A DNA stretch of 64,000 nt, taken from Burkholderiales bacterium. Lineage in GTDB: Bacteria > Pseudomonadota > Gammaproteobacteria > Burkholderiales > SG8-39. Shown one piece after another: positions 45,513 to 55,600 of the stretch (the stretch's first letter is position 1; each line of letters starts with the position of its first letter). The translations under genes were made by a program, and so were the position numbers. The notes beneath the pieces were generated by a model. That model made no database searches, had not been told where the DNA came from, and saw only the letters and a list, made by a program, of their open reading frames with translations. The stretch spans positions 44,348 through 108,347 of the forward strand of contig DATIZK010000013.1 in assembly GCA_035517095.1 (NCBI GenBank). The letters are read 5' to 3'.

Positions 45513-46751
45513 TCACTGGCACGGCAGCGTCACGTACACGACCGGGCGCGCGCGCTGGCTGGCATAGTAGCCTGCGAGCGCGCCGACATCCACGCGGCTC
45601 AGCACGTCGGCCATTGCCGCCATCGTGGCGCTCTTGCGTGCTCCGGTCTGATACGCGCGCAGCGCCTGCTCCAGGTAGTCGAAGCGTTGCGCCGCGAGCG
45701 CCGGAATGCGCGGGTCGATGCTGTTGCCGTTGACGCCGTGGCAGCGATCGCAGCGCTCGACCCACTGCGCCGGGGACAAGGGCGGGCGCACGTTGGGCGG
45801 CTGCTTGGGCTCCAGCGCGGCGTAGTACGCGGCCAGATTCTTCACCGCACGATCGTCCAGCCCGGCCGCGATGCCGCTCATCACCGGATCGCTGCGCGCC
45901 CCGCTCTTGTAGTCGTGCAGCGCAGTCGCAAAATACCCGGCATCCTGGCCGGCGAGACTAGGCGTGACCGGATTCCCGCTCACGCCCTGCTCGCCATGGC
46001 AGCCGACGCACGCTGCCGCCGCAGTCTTGCCCGCCTCCCGGTCGCCTTGCGCCGGGGTCTGCGCGCGGGCGGGCTTTTGCAGCGCGTAATACAATGCAAT
46101 GCTCTTGATCTCCGAATCCCCCAGCGTGCCGACCATCGACTTCATCATGTCGCTCTTGCGCTGCCCGCTCTTGTAGGTGGAGATCGCCGCGGCCAGATAC
46201 TTGGGATCCTGGCCGACCAGATTTGGCATCCCCGGCGTCGCGCTGACGCCGTGCTCGCCGTGGCAGCCCGCACATGCGGACGTAGCCGCCTCGGCGGCTT
46301 GGAGCGTAGAGCCCTTGGCTGCCGCGGCAGCCGCTCCGCGCAGCGGTGCCGGGGGCGCCGGCTCGAGGCTCGCGTAATAGGCGGAGACCTCGACCAGCGC
46401 GTCGTCACTGAGGAACTTTACCGAGCGCGCCATGGCTTCGTTGGCGCGCTGCCCCGTCTTGTAGGCCTTCAATTCGAGATAGAAATAGGCTGCGCGCTGG
46501 CCCGCGATGTTGGGAATTCCCGGGATCGCGCTCTGCCCGCTCACACCGTGACATGCAGCGCAGGAACTTTCGGCGACGGCTTTGCCCTCCGCGATGTCCG
46601 CCGCGCCGGCGTACACGGCACGGAAGTCGTCGCCCTTGCGCGGCGTCACCGTGACCGCCTGGCCGGCTGCCTGCGCAACATAAGCCGCGAGCGCGATGGC
46701 TGCGCAAGCAGCTGACACGGCCCGGATTGCAGCTTGGGTCCGGCGCTTCAT
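45513..46751 (-). CDS. periplasmic tetrahaem c-type cytochrome (four tandem class-I/c4-like domains)
   Basis: Signal peptide and four CXXCH motifs (CAACH, CAGCH, CVGCH, CDRCH) with P-x-[IL]-[AV]-[GA]-Q...Y...Y..G.R motifs. The start is taken at ATG 46751, 7 nt after GAGGAA; the ORF-track start is GTG 46757. Confidence 0.9.
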   Translation of the reverse strand: MKRRTQAAIRAVSAACAAIALAAYVAQAAGQAVTVTPRKGDDFRAVYAGAADIAEGKAVAESSCAACHGVSGQSAIPGIPNIAGQRAAYFYLELKAYKTGQRANEAMARSVKFLSDDALVEVSAYYASLEPAPPAPLRGAAAAAAKGSTLQAAEAATSACAGCHGEHGVSATPGMPNLVGQDPKYLAAAISTYKSGQRKSDMMKSMVGTLGDSEIKSIALYYALQKPARAQTPAQGDREAGKTAAAACVGCHGEQGVSGNPVTPSLAGQDAGYFATALHDYKSGARSDPVMSGIAAGLDDRAVKNLAAYYAALEPKQPPNVRPPLSPAQWVERCDRCHGVNGNSIDPRIPALAAQRFDYLEQALRAYQTGARKSATMAAMADVLSRVDVGALAGYYASQRARPVVYVTLPCQ

Positions 46752-46907
46752 AAGCACTTCCTCTGAAACAGGAACGGGTTCATCGAGCGAGGCAGTTTAA
46801 CGCAACGGGCCTTATCGAGAATTGCGCCACGGGATCGTCAGCGATGGGCCGCGGATTTATGGAGTGCGGGCAGTGGCGCCAGCCTAGTGAACCCTGGAAA
46901 CGCGCGC

Positions 46908-46921
46908 TTGACGCAGGTCAA
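46908..46921. promoter_or_regulatory. FNR/CRP-family box, perfect palindrome TTGAC-GCAG-GTCAA
   Basis: Read directly, about 150 nt upstream of the 46751 cytochrome operon start and 78 nt upstream of the divergent thioesterase gene. A TAGGCT hexamer on the minus strand (46886-46881) would place the site near -40.5. Confidence 0.5.
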
Positions 46922-46998
46922 ATGCACCCTGTATTGGCAACCGCCGGCGCGGCGCCCGGCAATCGGGCGATAATCTCGCAGCCGAAAGGAGCCGCCGC

Positions 46999-47451
46999 TT
47001 GGACGCCGCCGCCATTCCCGAGGGCTTTCGCGCCCTCAACCTGCCGCGCAACCCCTTCATCGAGGCCAACGGCCCGCTCTACGGGCGGCTCGATGGCGAG
47101 CAGTTCGTCATGGGATTCCGCTGCCAGACCAAGCACTGCAACCCGATGATGGTCTGCCACGGCGGGATGGTCGCGACGCTGGCCGACATGCTGCTCCTGC
47201 TCGGCACCAACATCCAGACCGGGCTCGGGCAATTCATGCTCACCGTGAGCCTGGACGTCGACTTCCTCGCCCCGGTCAGGCTCGGCGACTGGCTCGAGGG
47301 CCGCACCGAAGTGCTGCGCGCCGGCAAGAGCATCATCTTCTCCCACGGCCGCATGAGCGTCGGCGGCGAGCCCGTCGCGCGCGTCAACGCGGTGCTCAAG
47401 CCGAGCGGGAGGCCGTTGGCCGATTTCACCCCCGGGCGCTACTTCCTCTAG
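46999..47451 (+). CDS. PaaI-family hotdog-fold thioesterase
   Basis: CHGGMVATLADM motif. TTG start 7 nt after GAAAGGAG. Confidence 0.8.
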   Translation: MDAAAIPEGFRALNLPRNPFIEANGPLYGRLDGEQFVMGFRCQTKHCNPMMVCHGGMVATLADMLLLLGTNIQTGLGQFMLTVSLDVDFLAPVRLGDWLEGRTEVLRAGKSIIFSHGRMSVGGEPVARVNAVLKPSGRPLADFTPGRYFL

Positions 47452-47458
47452 TGCGCCG

Positions 47459-48532
47459 ATGACTTCCGGGCACGGTCACCGCATCGTGGTCGTCAAGGGC
47501 GACGGCATCGGCCCGGAGCTGGTCGACGCCGCCCTGCTCGTGCTCGGGGCGGCGCAGGAAGCGCTCGGCTTTCGGCTCGAGATCGACCTGCGCGAAGGCG
47601 GCGCGGGATACTACGAAAAGAGCGGCGCGAGCCTTGCACCCGAGACCTTCGAGGCGATCAAGGCCGCCGACGCCGCGCTCAAGGGCCCGGTCGGCCTGCC
47701 CGGCGTGCGCCTGCCCGACGGCACCGAGGCCGGGCTGCTCGGCGGCGTATTGAGAATCGGCCTCGATGCCTATGCCAACCTGCGCCCGGTGCGCCTGCTG
47801 CCCGGAGTCGAGGCGCCGCTCAAGGCCAAGGCGGGCGAGATCGACTACGTCATCGTGCGCGAGAACACCGAAGGGCTCTACCTCTCGCGCGGCAAGGGCA
47901 TCGGCACCAGCGAGGCGATGGCCGACACGCTGCTGGTGACGCGCAAGGGTGTCGCGCGCATCGCGCGCTACGCCTTCGAGCTCGCGCGCCGGCGCAACCG
48001 CGCCAGGCAAGTCACCTGCGTCGACAAGGCGAACGTGCTGGCCTCGCTCGCGTTCTTTCGACGCGTGTTCGACGAGATCGGCGAAGCCTACCCGGACGTG
48101 CGGCGCGAGCACCTGTACGCCGACGCGGCGGCGCAGGCGCTGGTACTCGAGCCGCAGCGCTTCGATGTGCTGGTAATGGAGAATTTCCTGGGCGACATCC
48201 TGTCCGACCTGGGCGGCGCGACCGTGGGTGGAATCGGCCTTTGCCCCTCGGGCAACATCGGCGACCGCCATGCCTATTTCGAGCCGATCCACGGCAGCGC
48301 GCCCGACATCGCCGGCCAGGACAAGGCCAACCCGATCTCCCAGATCCTCTCCGCTGCGCTTATGCTCGAGCACTTGGGCGAGCGCGCCGCCGCCGAGCTG
48401 ATCCGCCGCGCGGTCGACGCCGCGCTCGCGCAGCGCAAGCTCGTGCTCGGCCGCCACGGCCAGCCCGAAGGCGGCACCAGGCGCGCGGCCGCAATCCTCG
48501 CCGCCGCCGTACGCGAGCTCGCCCCGCGCTAG
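47459..48532 (+). CDS. isocitrate/isopropylmalate dehydrogenase family oxidoreductase (tartrate/D-malate dehydrogenase-like)
   Basis: VVKGDGIGPE, VRENTEGLY, NFLGDILSDL and HGSAPDIAGQDKANP motifs. Confidence 0.9.
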   Translation: MTSGHGHRIVVVKGDGIGPELVDAALLVLGAAQEALGFRLEIDLREGGAGYYEKSGASLAPETFEAIKAADAALKGPVGLPGVRLPDGTEAGLLGGVLRIGLDAYANLRPVRLLPGVEAPLKAKAGEIDYVIVRENTEGLYLSRGKGIGTSEAMADTLLVTRKGVARIARYAFELARRRNRARQVTCVDKANVLASLAFFRRVFDEIGEAYPDVRREHLYADAAAQALVLEPQRFDVLVMENFLGDILSDLGGATVGGIGLCPSGNIGDRHAYFEPIHGSAPDIAGQDKANPISQILSAALMLEHLGERAAAELIRRAVDAALAQRKLVLGRHGQPEGGTRRAAAILAAAVRELAPR

Positions 48533-48551
48533 CCCCCTCGCCAGCGGCCAT

Positions 48552-48983
48552 ATGGACATACGTGTTTATCAACCCGGCGACGAAGCCGCGGTCGTATCTT
48601 TGTGGCAGGAGTGCGGCCTGACGCGGCCATGGAACGACCCGCACAAGGACATCGCGCGCAAGCTTCTCATCCAGCCGGAGCTATTCCTGGTTGGCGTTCT
48701 CGAGGCTCGGCTGATCGCGACCGTCATGGCGGGTTACGAAGGCCACCGCGGCTGGGTGAACTACCTTGCGGTCGCGCCGCGCTGGCGCGGCCGGGGCTGC
48801 GGACGCGCCCTGATGGAAAGGGTCGAGCACTTGTTGCGCGCGCTCGGCTGTCCCAAGGTGAATATCCAGGTGCGCACGCCCAACGCCGACGCAGTGGCCT
48901 TCTACCGGGCCATCGGCTATGCCCGGGACGAATCAATAAGCCTCGGCAAAAGGCTCATTCCCGACGACGGGACTGCAGAATGA
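48552..48983 (+). CDS. GNAT family N-acetyltransferase
   Basis: [15 protein letters not shown] acetyl-CoA-binding motif (Q/RxxGxG/A). Confidence 0.85.
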   Translation: MDIRVYQPGDEAAVVSLWQECGLTRPWNDPHKDIARKLLIQPELFLVGVLEARLIATVMAGYEGHRGWVNYLAVAPRWRGRGCGRALMERVEHLLRALGCPKVNIQVRTPNADAVAFYRAIGYARDESISLGKRLIPDDGTAE

Positions 48984-49012
48984 AGTGGGTCTGGAACTGC
49001 TAGGATGGCAAC

Positions 49013-49405
49013 ATGAAAGCGTCGGGCGCGAGCGGAGGCCGGCGCGCATCGGAGCTCATCTCGAAAAGAATTGCCGAACTCGCGGACTGGCGCGGGAAAA
49101 CCCTCGACCGAATGCGCAAGCTCATCAAGCGAGCAGACCCGGAAGTCGTCGAGGAGTGGAAGTGGATGGGCACTCCGGTTTGGTCGCACGACGGCATCAT
49201 CTGCACCGGCGAGTCCTACAAGCATGTCGTGAAGCTCACCTTCGCCAAGGGCGCGTCGCTGGATGATCCGGCCCGCCTCTTCAACTCGAGCCTCGACGGC
49301 AACGTACGCCGCGCGATCGACATCCGCGAAGGAGAAGAAGTTGACGCCTCCGCCTTCGAGGCGCTCGTTCGCCAAGCGGTCGCCCTCAACGGATCGAAGC
49401 GATGA
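49013..49405 (+). CDS. DUF1801 (YdhG-like) domain protein
   Basis: [36 protein letters not shown]...VKLTFAKG pattern. Confidence 0.75.
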   Translation: MKASGASGGRRASELISKRIAELADWRGKTLDRMRKLIKRADPEVVEEWKWMGTPVWSHDGIICTGESYKHVVKLTFAKGASLDDPARLFNSSLDGNVRRAIDIREGEEVDASAFEALVRQAVALNGSKR

Positions 49406-49917
49406 TCACGCGCATCCCCGCCCTGCTCCTGGCCCTGGCCGCCACCTTCGGCAACGGCGCCCAGGCGTCGCCGCTCGATGAGCTTGGCGGCACGCCGGTG
49501 TCCAAGCTCGAGTTCGGCTGTTTCAAGCTCGAGGTTGCGCTAACCGGAATCAAGGATTGGCCCTCCCCCATCGCGGGCGCGAACGTGTCGTACCGACGCG
49601 ACCCGGACCAGATCGAAATACTCGTCGCCTTGAGGGATGTCCGGCCCGATGCGTTTCGCACGGCGTGTGCCAAAACCGTTGGGCGGGTGCGCGAGTTTCT
49701 GTACGTGGACGCCGACGGAGTCGCGCCGATGGGACGCTCGTTCCTGGGCTCCTACTTCCGGGGCCTGTGGAAGGGACCACAACGAGATGCCGCGTTGCGC
49801 GAGTTGGATGCGGATACGCTGATACGAGTGGATGTCGTCGGGAGAGGGAGTTGCCAAGCCGCGCTGACAAGGGCTCCAATCACGTTTGAAGCGCTATCCC
49901 CGAGACAAAGCCAATAG
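49402..49917 (+). CDS. secreted hypothetical protein
   Basis: Signal peptide [26 protein letters not shown] overlap with the upstream gene. No family recognised. Confidence 0.6.
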   Translation: MITRIPALLLALAATFGNGAQASPLDELGGTPVSKLEFGCFKLEVALTGIKDWPSPIAGANVSYRRDPDQIEILVALRDVRPDAFRTACAKTVGRVREFLYVDADGVAPMGRSFLGSYFRGLWKGPQRDAALRELDADTLIRVDVVGRGSCQAALTRAPITFEALSPRQSQ

Positions 49918-49925
49918 GACAAGAC

Positions 49926-50258
49926 ATGGCGGACACCCTATCCCTGCTCGGTTTGCTGCTTGATTTCGCCGGTGCGCTGCTGCTCGTGCTGCATCGCTTC
50001 CCGGCGCTCGAGGTCACCGCCGACGGGCGCAGCATGGCGCCGCCGCAGGCCGAGCCCTCGCCGCAGGAGCGTGCGCGCAATCTGCGCCGCTACTGGCGCA
50101 ACGCGGTCGCGACGCGCGCCGGGCTGGTGTGCCTGTGCGTGGGCTTCGCGCTCCAGCTGCTGGGTTTCATCTATCCCGACAACGGCACGGGTGCGACCGG
50201 CACGACGACGATGCAGCGCCACGTGAGCTTCGCCGCCGGCCGCCGCCATGGCGGCTGA
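49926..50258 (+). CDS. small 2-TM hypothetical membrane protein
   Basis: Two hydrophobic helices (LSLLGLLLDFAGALLLVL and AGLVCLCVGFALQLLGFI). Weak support only. Confidence 0.45.
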   Translation: MADTLSLLGLLLDFAGALLLVLHRFPALEVTADGRSMAPPQAEPSPQERARNLRRYWRNAVATRAGLVCLCVGFALQLLGFIYPDNGTGATGTTTMQRHVSFAAGRRHGG

Positions 50259-50261
50259 GCC

Positions 50262-50477
50262 TTACTTGCGGGCGGCCTTCTTTGCCGCCTGCCGCTCCTT
50301 CTCCAGGCGGGTGACCTTGTCCAGCTCGCGCTGCTTCGCTTCCCGCCGCGCCTTCACTTCCTGCAGCCGCTGCTCCTCGGTCGGCGGCTCCCAGTCGAGA
50401 AACTTGGGCCGCGAGCGGCGGAAGTACTCGGCGGCAGACTCGCTCTGCCGCGCCTTGCCCTTGTCCGCCTTGCTCAC
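50262..50477 (-). CDS. small basic/charged hypothetical protein (71 aa)
   Basis: The GTG 50477 start overlaps the stop of the 50474..50662 ORF (GTGA). Lys/Arg/Glu-rich sequence (…EYFRRSRPKFLDWEPPTEEQRLQEVKARREAKQRELDK…). Confidence 0.4.
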   Translation of the reverse strand: MSKADKGKARQSESAAEYFRRSRPKFLDWEPPTEEQRLQEVKARREAKQRELDKVTRLEKERQAAKKAARK

Positions 50478-50662
50478 GCGCGTCTCGGCCAGGACGGCGG
50501 CTTGGACGATTCGCCCGTGCGCTTGAGCTCCGGCGGACGCGACGCGGTGTACGCGCCCCTCACGGTGCGCACCGCGGCCCCGACCGCGAGCGGCCGCGCG
50601 TCGCCGTTCAATACCTCGCACCAGAACGCGGAACGGGTCAGCTTGTCGTCGCGCGCATGCAT
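50474..50662 (-). CDS. small hypothetical protein (62 aa)
   Basis: ATG start and high third-position GC (MHARDDKLTRSAFWCEVLNGDARPLAVGAAVRTVRG...). It is coupled to the downstream small ORF. Confidence 0.35.
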   Translation of the reverse strand: MHARDDKLTRSAFWCEVLNGDARPLAVGAAVRTVRGAYTASRPPELKRTGESSKPPSWPRRA

Positions 50663-50740
50663 CGATCTTCCTTCCTCCGCCGCCTTGCAGCTACTCTAGA
50701 CCTTTTTGCGCACCCCGAACAATTTTTCCCGAGGCTTGGC

Positions 50741-51232
50741 ATGCAATCGCTCACCGCCCTGGGCAGCGCCGTCGGCGAGCTGCTCAAATCGCGCAATCAA
50801 ACGCTGGCCGCGGCCGAGTCCTCCGCCGGCGGACTGATCAACGCTGCGCTGGTGGCGGTTCCGGGCGCATCGGCCTTCTATCTCGGCGGCCTGATCGTCT
50901 ACACCCAGGCCGGACGCGAGGCCCTGCTCGGCCTCGGCAGCGACGAGATGAAGGGCATCCGCTCGGCGAGCGAGCCCTTCGCGCAGCTCATGGCGCGGCG
51001 CATCCGCGCCAAGCTAGGCGCGACCTGGGGCCTGGCAGAGACCGGCGCCAGCGGGCCGAGCGGCAACCGCTACGGCGACGCGCCGGGACACGCGTGCATC
51101 GCGGTCAGCGGGCCGCTGGACGCGGTGGTGACGCTGGAAACGGGACGCGGTGCGCGCGAGGCGAACATGTGGGCCTTCGCGCAGCGCGCGATCGATCTGC
51201 TGCAGCAATGCCTGCGCGAGGCCGGCGGCTAG
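50741..51232 (+). CDS. CinA-family protein (PncC-like nicotinamide-nucleotide amidohydrolase domain)
   Basis: LAAAESSAGGLINAALVAVPGASAFYLGGLIVY...WGLAETGASGP pattern. The start is taken at ATG 50741. Confidence 0.82.
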   Translation: MQSLTALGSAVGELLKSRNQTLAAAESSAGGLINAALVAVPGASAFYLGGLIVYTQAGREALLGLGSDEMKGIRSASEPFAQLMARRIRAKLGATWGLAETGASGPSGNRYGDAPGHACIAVSGPLDAVVTLETGRGAREANMWAFAQRAIDLLQQCLREAGG

Positions 51233-51519
51233 TGCTTGCCGAGCAGCTCCGAGATCTTGAAATTGCCTGTGAAATCGAGGTCGCGATCGGCGGCGGCGGG
51301 CGAGGATTCGAGCAGGCGCAAGGTCTCCAGCTGCGCCAGCCAGTTGTCGATCTGCGCGTCGCTGTAGCGCCGCAGGCCGGCGCGGATCGAGTCGGAGTGG
51401 GTTTCGTCGACGACCAGCCCCAGGATGCGCCGGCATTCGGCCGACAGGCCGGGATTCTCGTTCTGCCAGGCTTTAAGTCCTGCTTCGGTGCGCCGGTAGA
51501 CCTTGTCGCTCGTTGCCAT
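51229..51519 (-). CDS. hypothetical protein (96 aa)
   Basis: Clean ORF MATSDKVYRRTEAGLKAWQNENPGLSAECRRILGLV..., downstream of hppD on the same strand. Confidence 0.55.
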   Translation of the reverse strand: MATSDKVYRRTEAGLKAWQNENPGLSAECRRILGLVVDETHSDSIRAGLRRYSDAQIDNWLAQLETLRLLESSPAAADRDLDFTGNFKISELLGKH

Positions 51520-51632
51520 CTACGCCCCCCAAACCGCGCGGCCCATTGAGGACCGGCTGCCATATTTGCACCGCAGCCGGCCCGGGCGCAAGGGGTTTAA
51601 AGGATTTTGACGTAAGTGTTTGACATCGGTGC

Positions 51633-52712
<1,080 letters not shown>

Positions 52713-52790
52713 TGCGCGCTCCGATCGATGCCCCACGGATTATTCTAGGGTAGCATCGGCGCGCGAGGCCAAAGCGAGAGGAGGCCGCGA

Positions 52791-54443
52791 ATGGACCTGA
52801 AACCGAGCTACGTGCACGGCGCGTCGCCGGCCCCGCTGATCGGCGAAACGATCGGGGCCCACTTCGACCGGGTGGCGGCGAAGCACGCGCCGCGCGAAGC
52901 GCTGGTGGTACGGCACCAGGACGTGCGCTGGAGCTGGGCCGAGCTCAAGCGCCGGGTCGACAACCTGGCCTGCGGCCTGCGCCGCCTCGGGCTCGCGCCC
53001 GGCGAGCGGATCGGGATCTGGTCGCAGAACTGCGCCGAATGGGTGCTGACCCAGTTCGCGACCGCCAAGGCAGGCCTCATCCTGGTCAACATCAACCCGG
53101 CCTACCGCAGGTCGGAGCTCGAGTACGCGCTCAACAAGGTTCAGTGCAAGGCGCTGATCCTTTCGCCTGGGTTCAAGACCAGCAACTACCTCGAGATCCT
53201 GCAGTCGGTCGCGCTCGACCTTGGAAGCCTTTCGATCGTCGTCCGGCTCGGCAGCGAAAAGACGCCCGGCATGCTGAACTTCGACGACCTGCTGGCGGAC
53301 GCGAGCGACGCCGAAGTCGAGCAACTTGAAGCCCTCGGCGCAAAGCTTCAGTTCGACGATCCGATCAACATCCAGTTCACCTCGGGCACCACCGGCCAGC
53401 CCAAGGGTGCCACCCTCACCCACCACAACATCCTCAATAACGGCTTGTTCATCGGCCAGGCGATGCGCTTCGGCGAGCAGGACCGGCTGTGCATCCCGGT
53501 GCCGCTGTACCACTGCTTCGGCATGGTGCTCGGCAACCTCGCCTGCCTTACCCACGGCGCGACCATGATCTACCCCGACGGCGGCTTCGACCCGAAGAGC
53601 GTGCTCGAAGCGGTGCAGGCCGAGCGCTGCAGCGCGCTGCACGGCGTGCCGACCATGTTCATCGCCGTGCTCGATCATCCGGACTTCGCCAAGTACGACC
53701 TGTCGAGCCTGCGCACCGGCATCATGGCCGGCTCGCCCTGCCCGGTCGAAGTGATGAAACGCGTGGCCGAGAAGATGAACATGCGCGAGGTGACCATCGC
53801 CTACGGCATGACCGAGACCTCGCCGGTGAGCTTCCAAAGCTCGGTCGACGATCCGCTCGAGCGGCGCGTCTCGACCGTGGGCCGCATCCAGCCGCACATC
53901 GAGGTCAAGATCGTGGACGCCGAGGGCCGCGTGGTGCCGCGCGGCGAGAAGGGCGAGCTGCTCACGCGCGGCTACTCGGTGATGCTGGGCTACTGGAACG
54001 ACGAGGACAAGACGCGCGAGGCGATCGACGCCGCGGGCTGGATGCACACCGGCGACCTGGCCACGATCGACGCCGAGGGCTACTGCAACATCGTCGGGCG
54101 CTCCAAGGACATGGTGATCCGCGGCGGCGAGAACATCTACCCGCGCGAGGTCGAGGAGTTCCTCTACCGCCACCCGAAGGTGCAGGACGTGCAGTGCGTG
54201 GGAGTTCCGGACGACAAGTACGGCGAGGAGCTGTGCGCCTGCGTGGTGCTGCGCCCCGGCATGAGCGCGAGCGAGGAGGAGATACGCGAGTTCTGCCGCG
54301 GCCAGATCGCGCACTACAAGATCCCGCGCTACGTCAGGTTCGTCGACGGCTTCCCGATGACCGTGACCGGCAAGATCCAGAAGTACCTGCTGCGCCAGCA
54401 GGTGGCCGACGCGATGGGACTCAAAGCTCAAAAAGCCGCTTGA
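52791..54443 (+). CDS. AMP-binding acyl-CoA synthetase/ligase
   Basis: [14 protein letters not shown] (AMP-binding P-loop), YGMTETS, TGDLA and [20 protein letters not shown] motifs. Confidence 0.92.
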   Translation: MDLKPSYVHGASPAPLIGETIGAHFDRVAAKHAPREALVVRHQDVRWSWAELKRRVDNLACGLRRLGLAPGERIGIWSQNCAEWVLTQFATAKAGLILVNINPAYRRSELEYALNKVQCKALILSPGFKTSNYLEILQSVALDLGSLSIVVRLGSEKTPGMLNFDDLLADASDAEVEQLEALGAKLQFDDPINIQFTSGTTGQPKGATLTHHNILNNGLFIGQAMRFGEQDRLCIPVPLYHCFGMVLGNLACLTHGATMIYPDGGFDPKSVLEAVQAERCSALHGVPTMFIAVLDHPDFAKYDLSSLRTGIMAGSPCPVEVMKRVAEKMNMREVTIAYGMTETSPVSFQSSVDDPLERRVSTVGRIQPHIEVKIVDAEGRVVPRGEKGELLTRGYSVMLGYWNDEDKTREAIDAAGWMHTGDLATIDAEGYCNIVGRSKDMVIRGGENIYPREVEEFLYRHPKVQDVQCVGVPDDKYGEELCACVVLRPGMSASEEEIREFCRGQIAHYKIPRYVRFVDGFPMTVTGKIQKYLLRQQVADAMGLKAQKAA

Positions 54444-54533
54444 CTGGTAACGATTTCCTTGTGTACGATCAAATAGTTCTGGAATTCTGTTCATAGTTGA
54501 ATTGAAGTAGCATCCAGGATCCGGGGGTGAGGC

Positions 54534-55301
54534 TTGAAAGGTCTTCTGGCCGCGATCCTTCTGGCCCTGCCCGGCCTCGCCGCGGGGCAGCGCGTGCTCG
54601 AGTTCCGCAACGACTTCGCCTTCAGCGCGGCGGAAGTGAACGACCTCGCCGCGCGCGCTTACGGCGCGCGCCTGCGCACCCTGGCGCGGGCCGGCAAGCT
54701 CGACCCCGAGCCCGCGCTCAAGGCCAGGCTGCAGCGCATCGCGCCGCGCCTGATCCGCGCCGCCGACCACGAGCGCCCCGGCGCCGCGCGCCTGCAGTGG
54801 GAGATCCACGCCTGCCGGCAATGCGACGAGAACGCCTCCGCCATGGCCGGCGGCAAGCTGCTGCTGTCGGCGGAGTTCGTGCATCGGCTCGCGCTGAGCG
54901 ACGACGAGCTCGCCTACCTGCTCGCGCACGAGATGGCGCACGTGCTGGCGCAGCACACGCGCGAATTCGCTTCCGCCGCGCGCTACTTCGCCGACAACGG
55001 CTTGAGGCGCGACTATGCCGACCTCAGGCACGAGCTGTCCGAAAGCATCCCGCTCATGCTGAGCATGAACCAGCTCTCGGTGCAGCAGGAGCTCGAGGCC
55101 GACTACATCGGCTTCGTGCTCGGCGCCGAGGCCGGGTTCCGGCCGCAGGCCATGCTGTCGCTGCTGGCCAAGCTGGGCGACAGCAGCGACTCGATCTTCG
55201 CCACTCATCCGAGCGCGGCGCAGCGCATGCAGCAGGCACGCACCATGCTGGAGAGCGCCCGCCGCCTGTACGCCGAGGCACGCGCCCGCGGCTTGAAGTA
55301 G
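54534..55301 (+). CDS. M48 family metallopeptidase (secreted)
   Basis: Signal peptide and HEMAHV zinc motif within ELAYLLAHEMAHVLAQH. TTG start after GGGGGTGAGG. Confidence 0.82.
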   Translation: MKGLLAAILLALPGLAAGQRVLEFRNDFAFSAAEVNDLAARAYGARLRTLARAGKLDPEPALKARLQRIAPRLIRAADHERPGAARLQWEIHACRQCDENASAMAGGKLLLSAEFVHRLALSDDELAYLLAHEMAHVLAQHTREFASAARYFADNGLRRDYADLRHELSESIPLMLSMNQLSVQQELEADYIGFVLGAEAGFRPQAMLSLLAKLGDSSDSIFATHPSAAQRMQQARTMLESARRLYAEARARGLK

Positions 55302-55348
55302 TCGACGCAGGCGGGGCATACTTGCGCTATCCCAGCGGAGGAGCTCCC

Positions 55349-55594
55349 ATGCAGATTCTGCCCCACGATCTGGACCACGAGTTCCCCGAGTTCTCGGGCC
55401 TGATGCACCAGCTCAGAATGCGCGACCCGAAGCTCGGCAACTTGTTCGAGCAATACGACAAGGTGAACGGCACCATCGTCGACATCGAGGAGAACGACAA
55501 GCCGTTCCAGGACGTGGAATTCGAACAGATGAAGAAGAAGCGCCTGCGGATCAAGGACGAGATCTACCACGCGCTTCTGGCGCACAAGCGCTAG
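55349..55594 (+). CDS. DUF465 (YdcH-like) small protein
   Basis: HDLDHEFPEF...LFEQYDKVNGTIVDIEEN pattern. A GGAGGAG RBS is present. Confidence 0.8.
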   Translation: MQILPHDLDHEFPEFSGLMHQLRMRDPKLGNLFEQYDKVNGTIVDIEENDKPFQDVEFEQMKKKRLRIKDEIYHALLAHKR

Positions 55595-55600
55595 CTGCGC

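Noticed and set aside
54459-54472. TTGTG-TACG-ATCAA upstream of the M48 peptidase gene, as a third FNR/CRP-like site.
   Set aside because: Only the right half matches the consensus, and no convincing -10 lies at class-II distance. It sits in a generally AT-richer spacer where such half-matches are expected.
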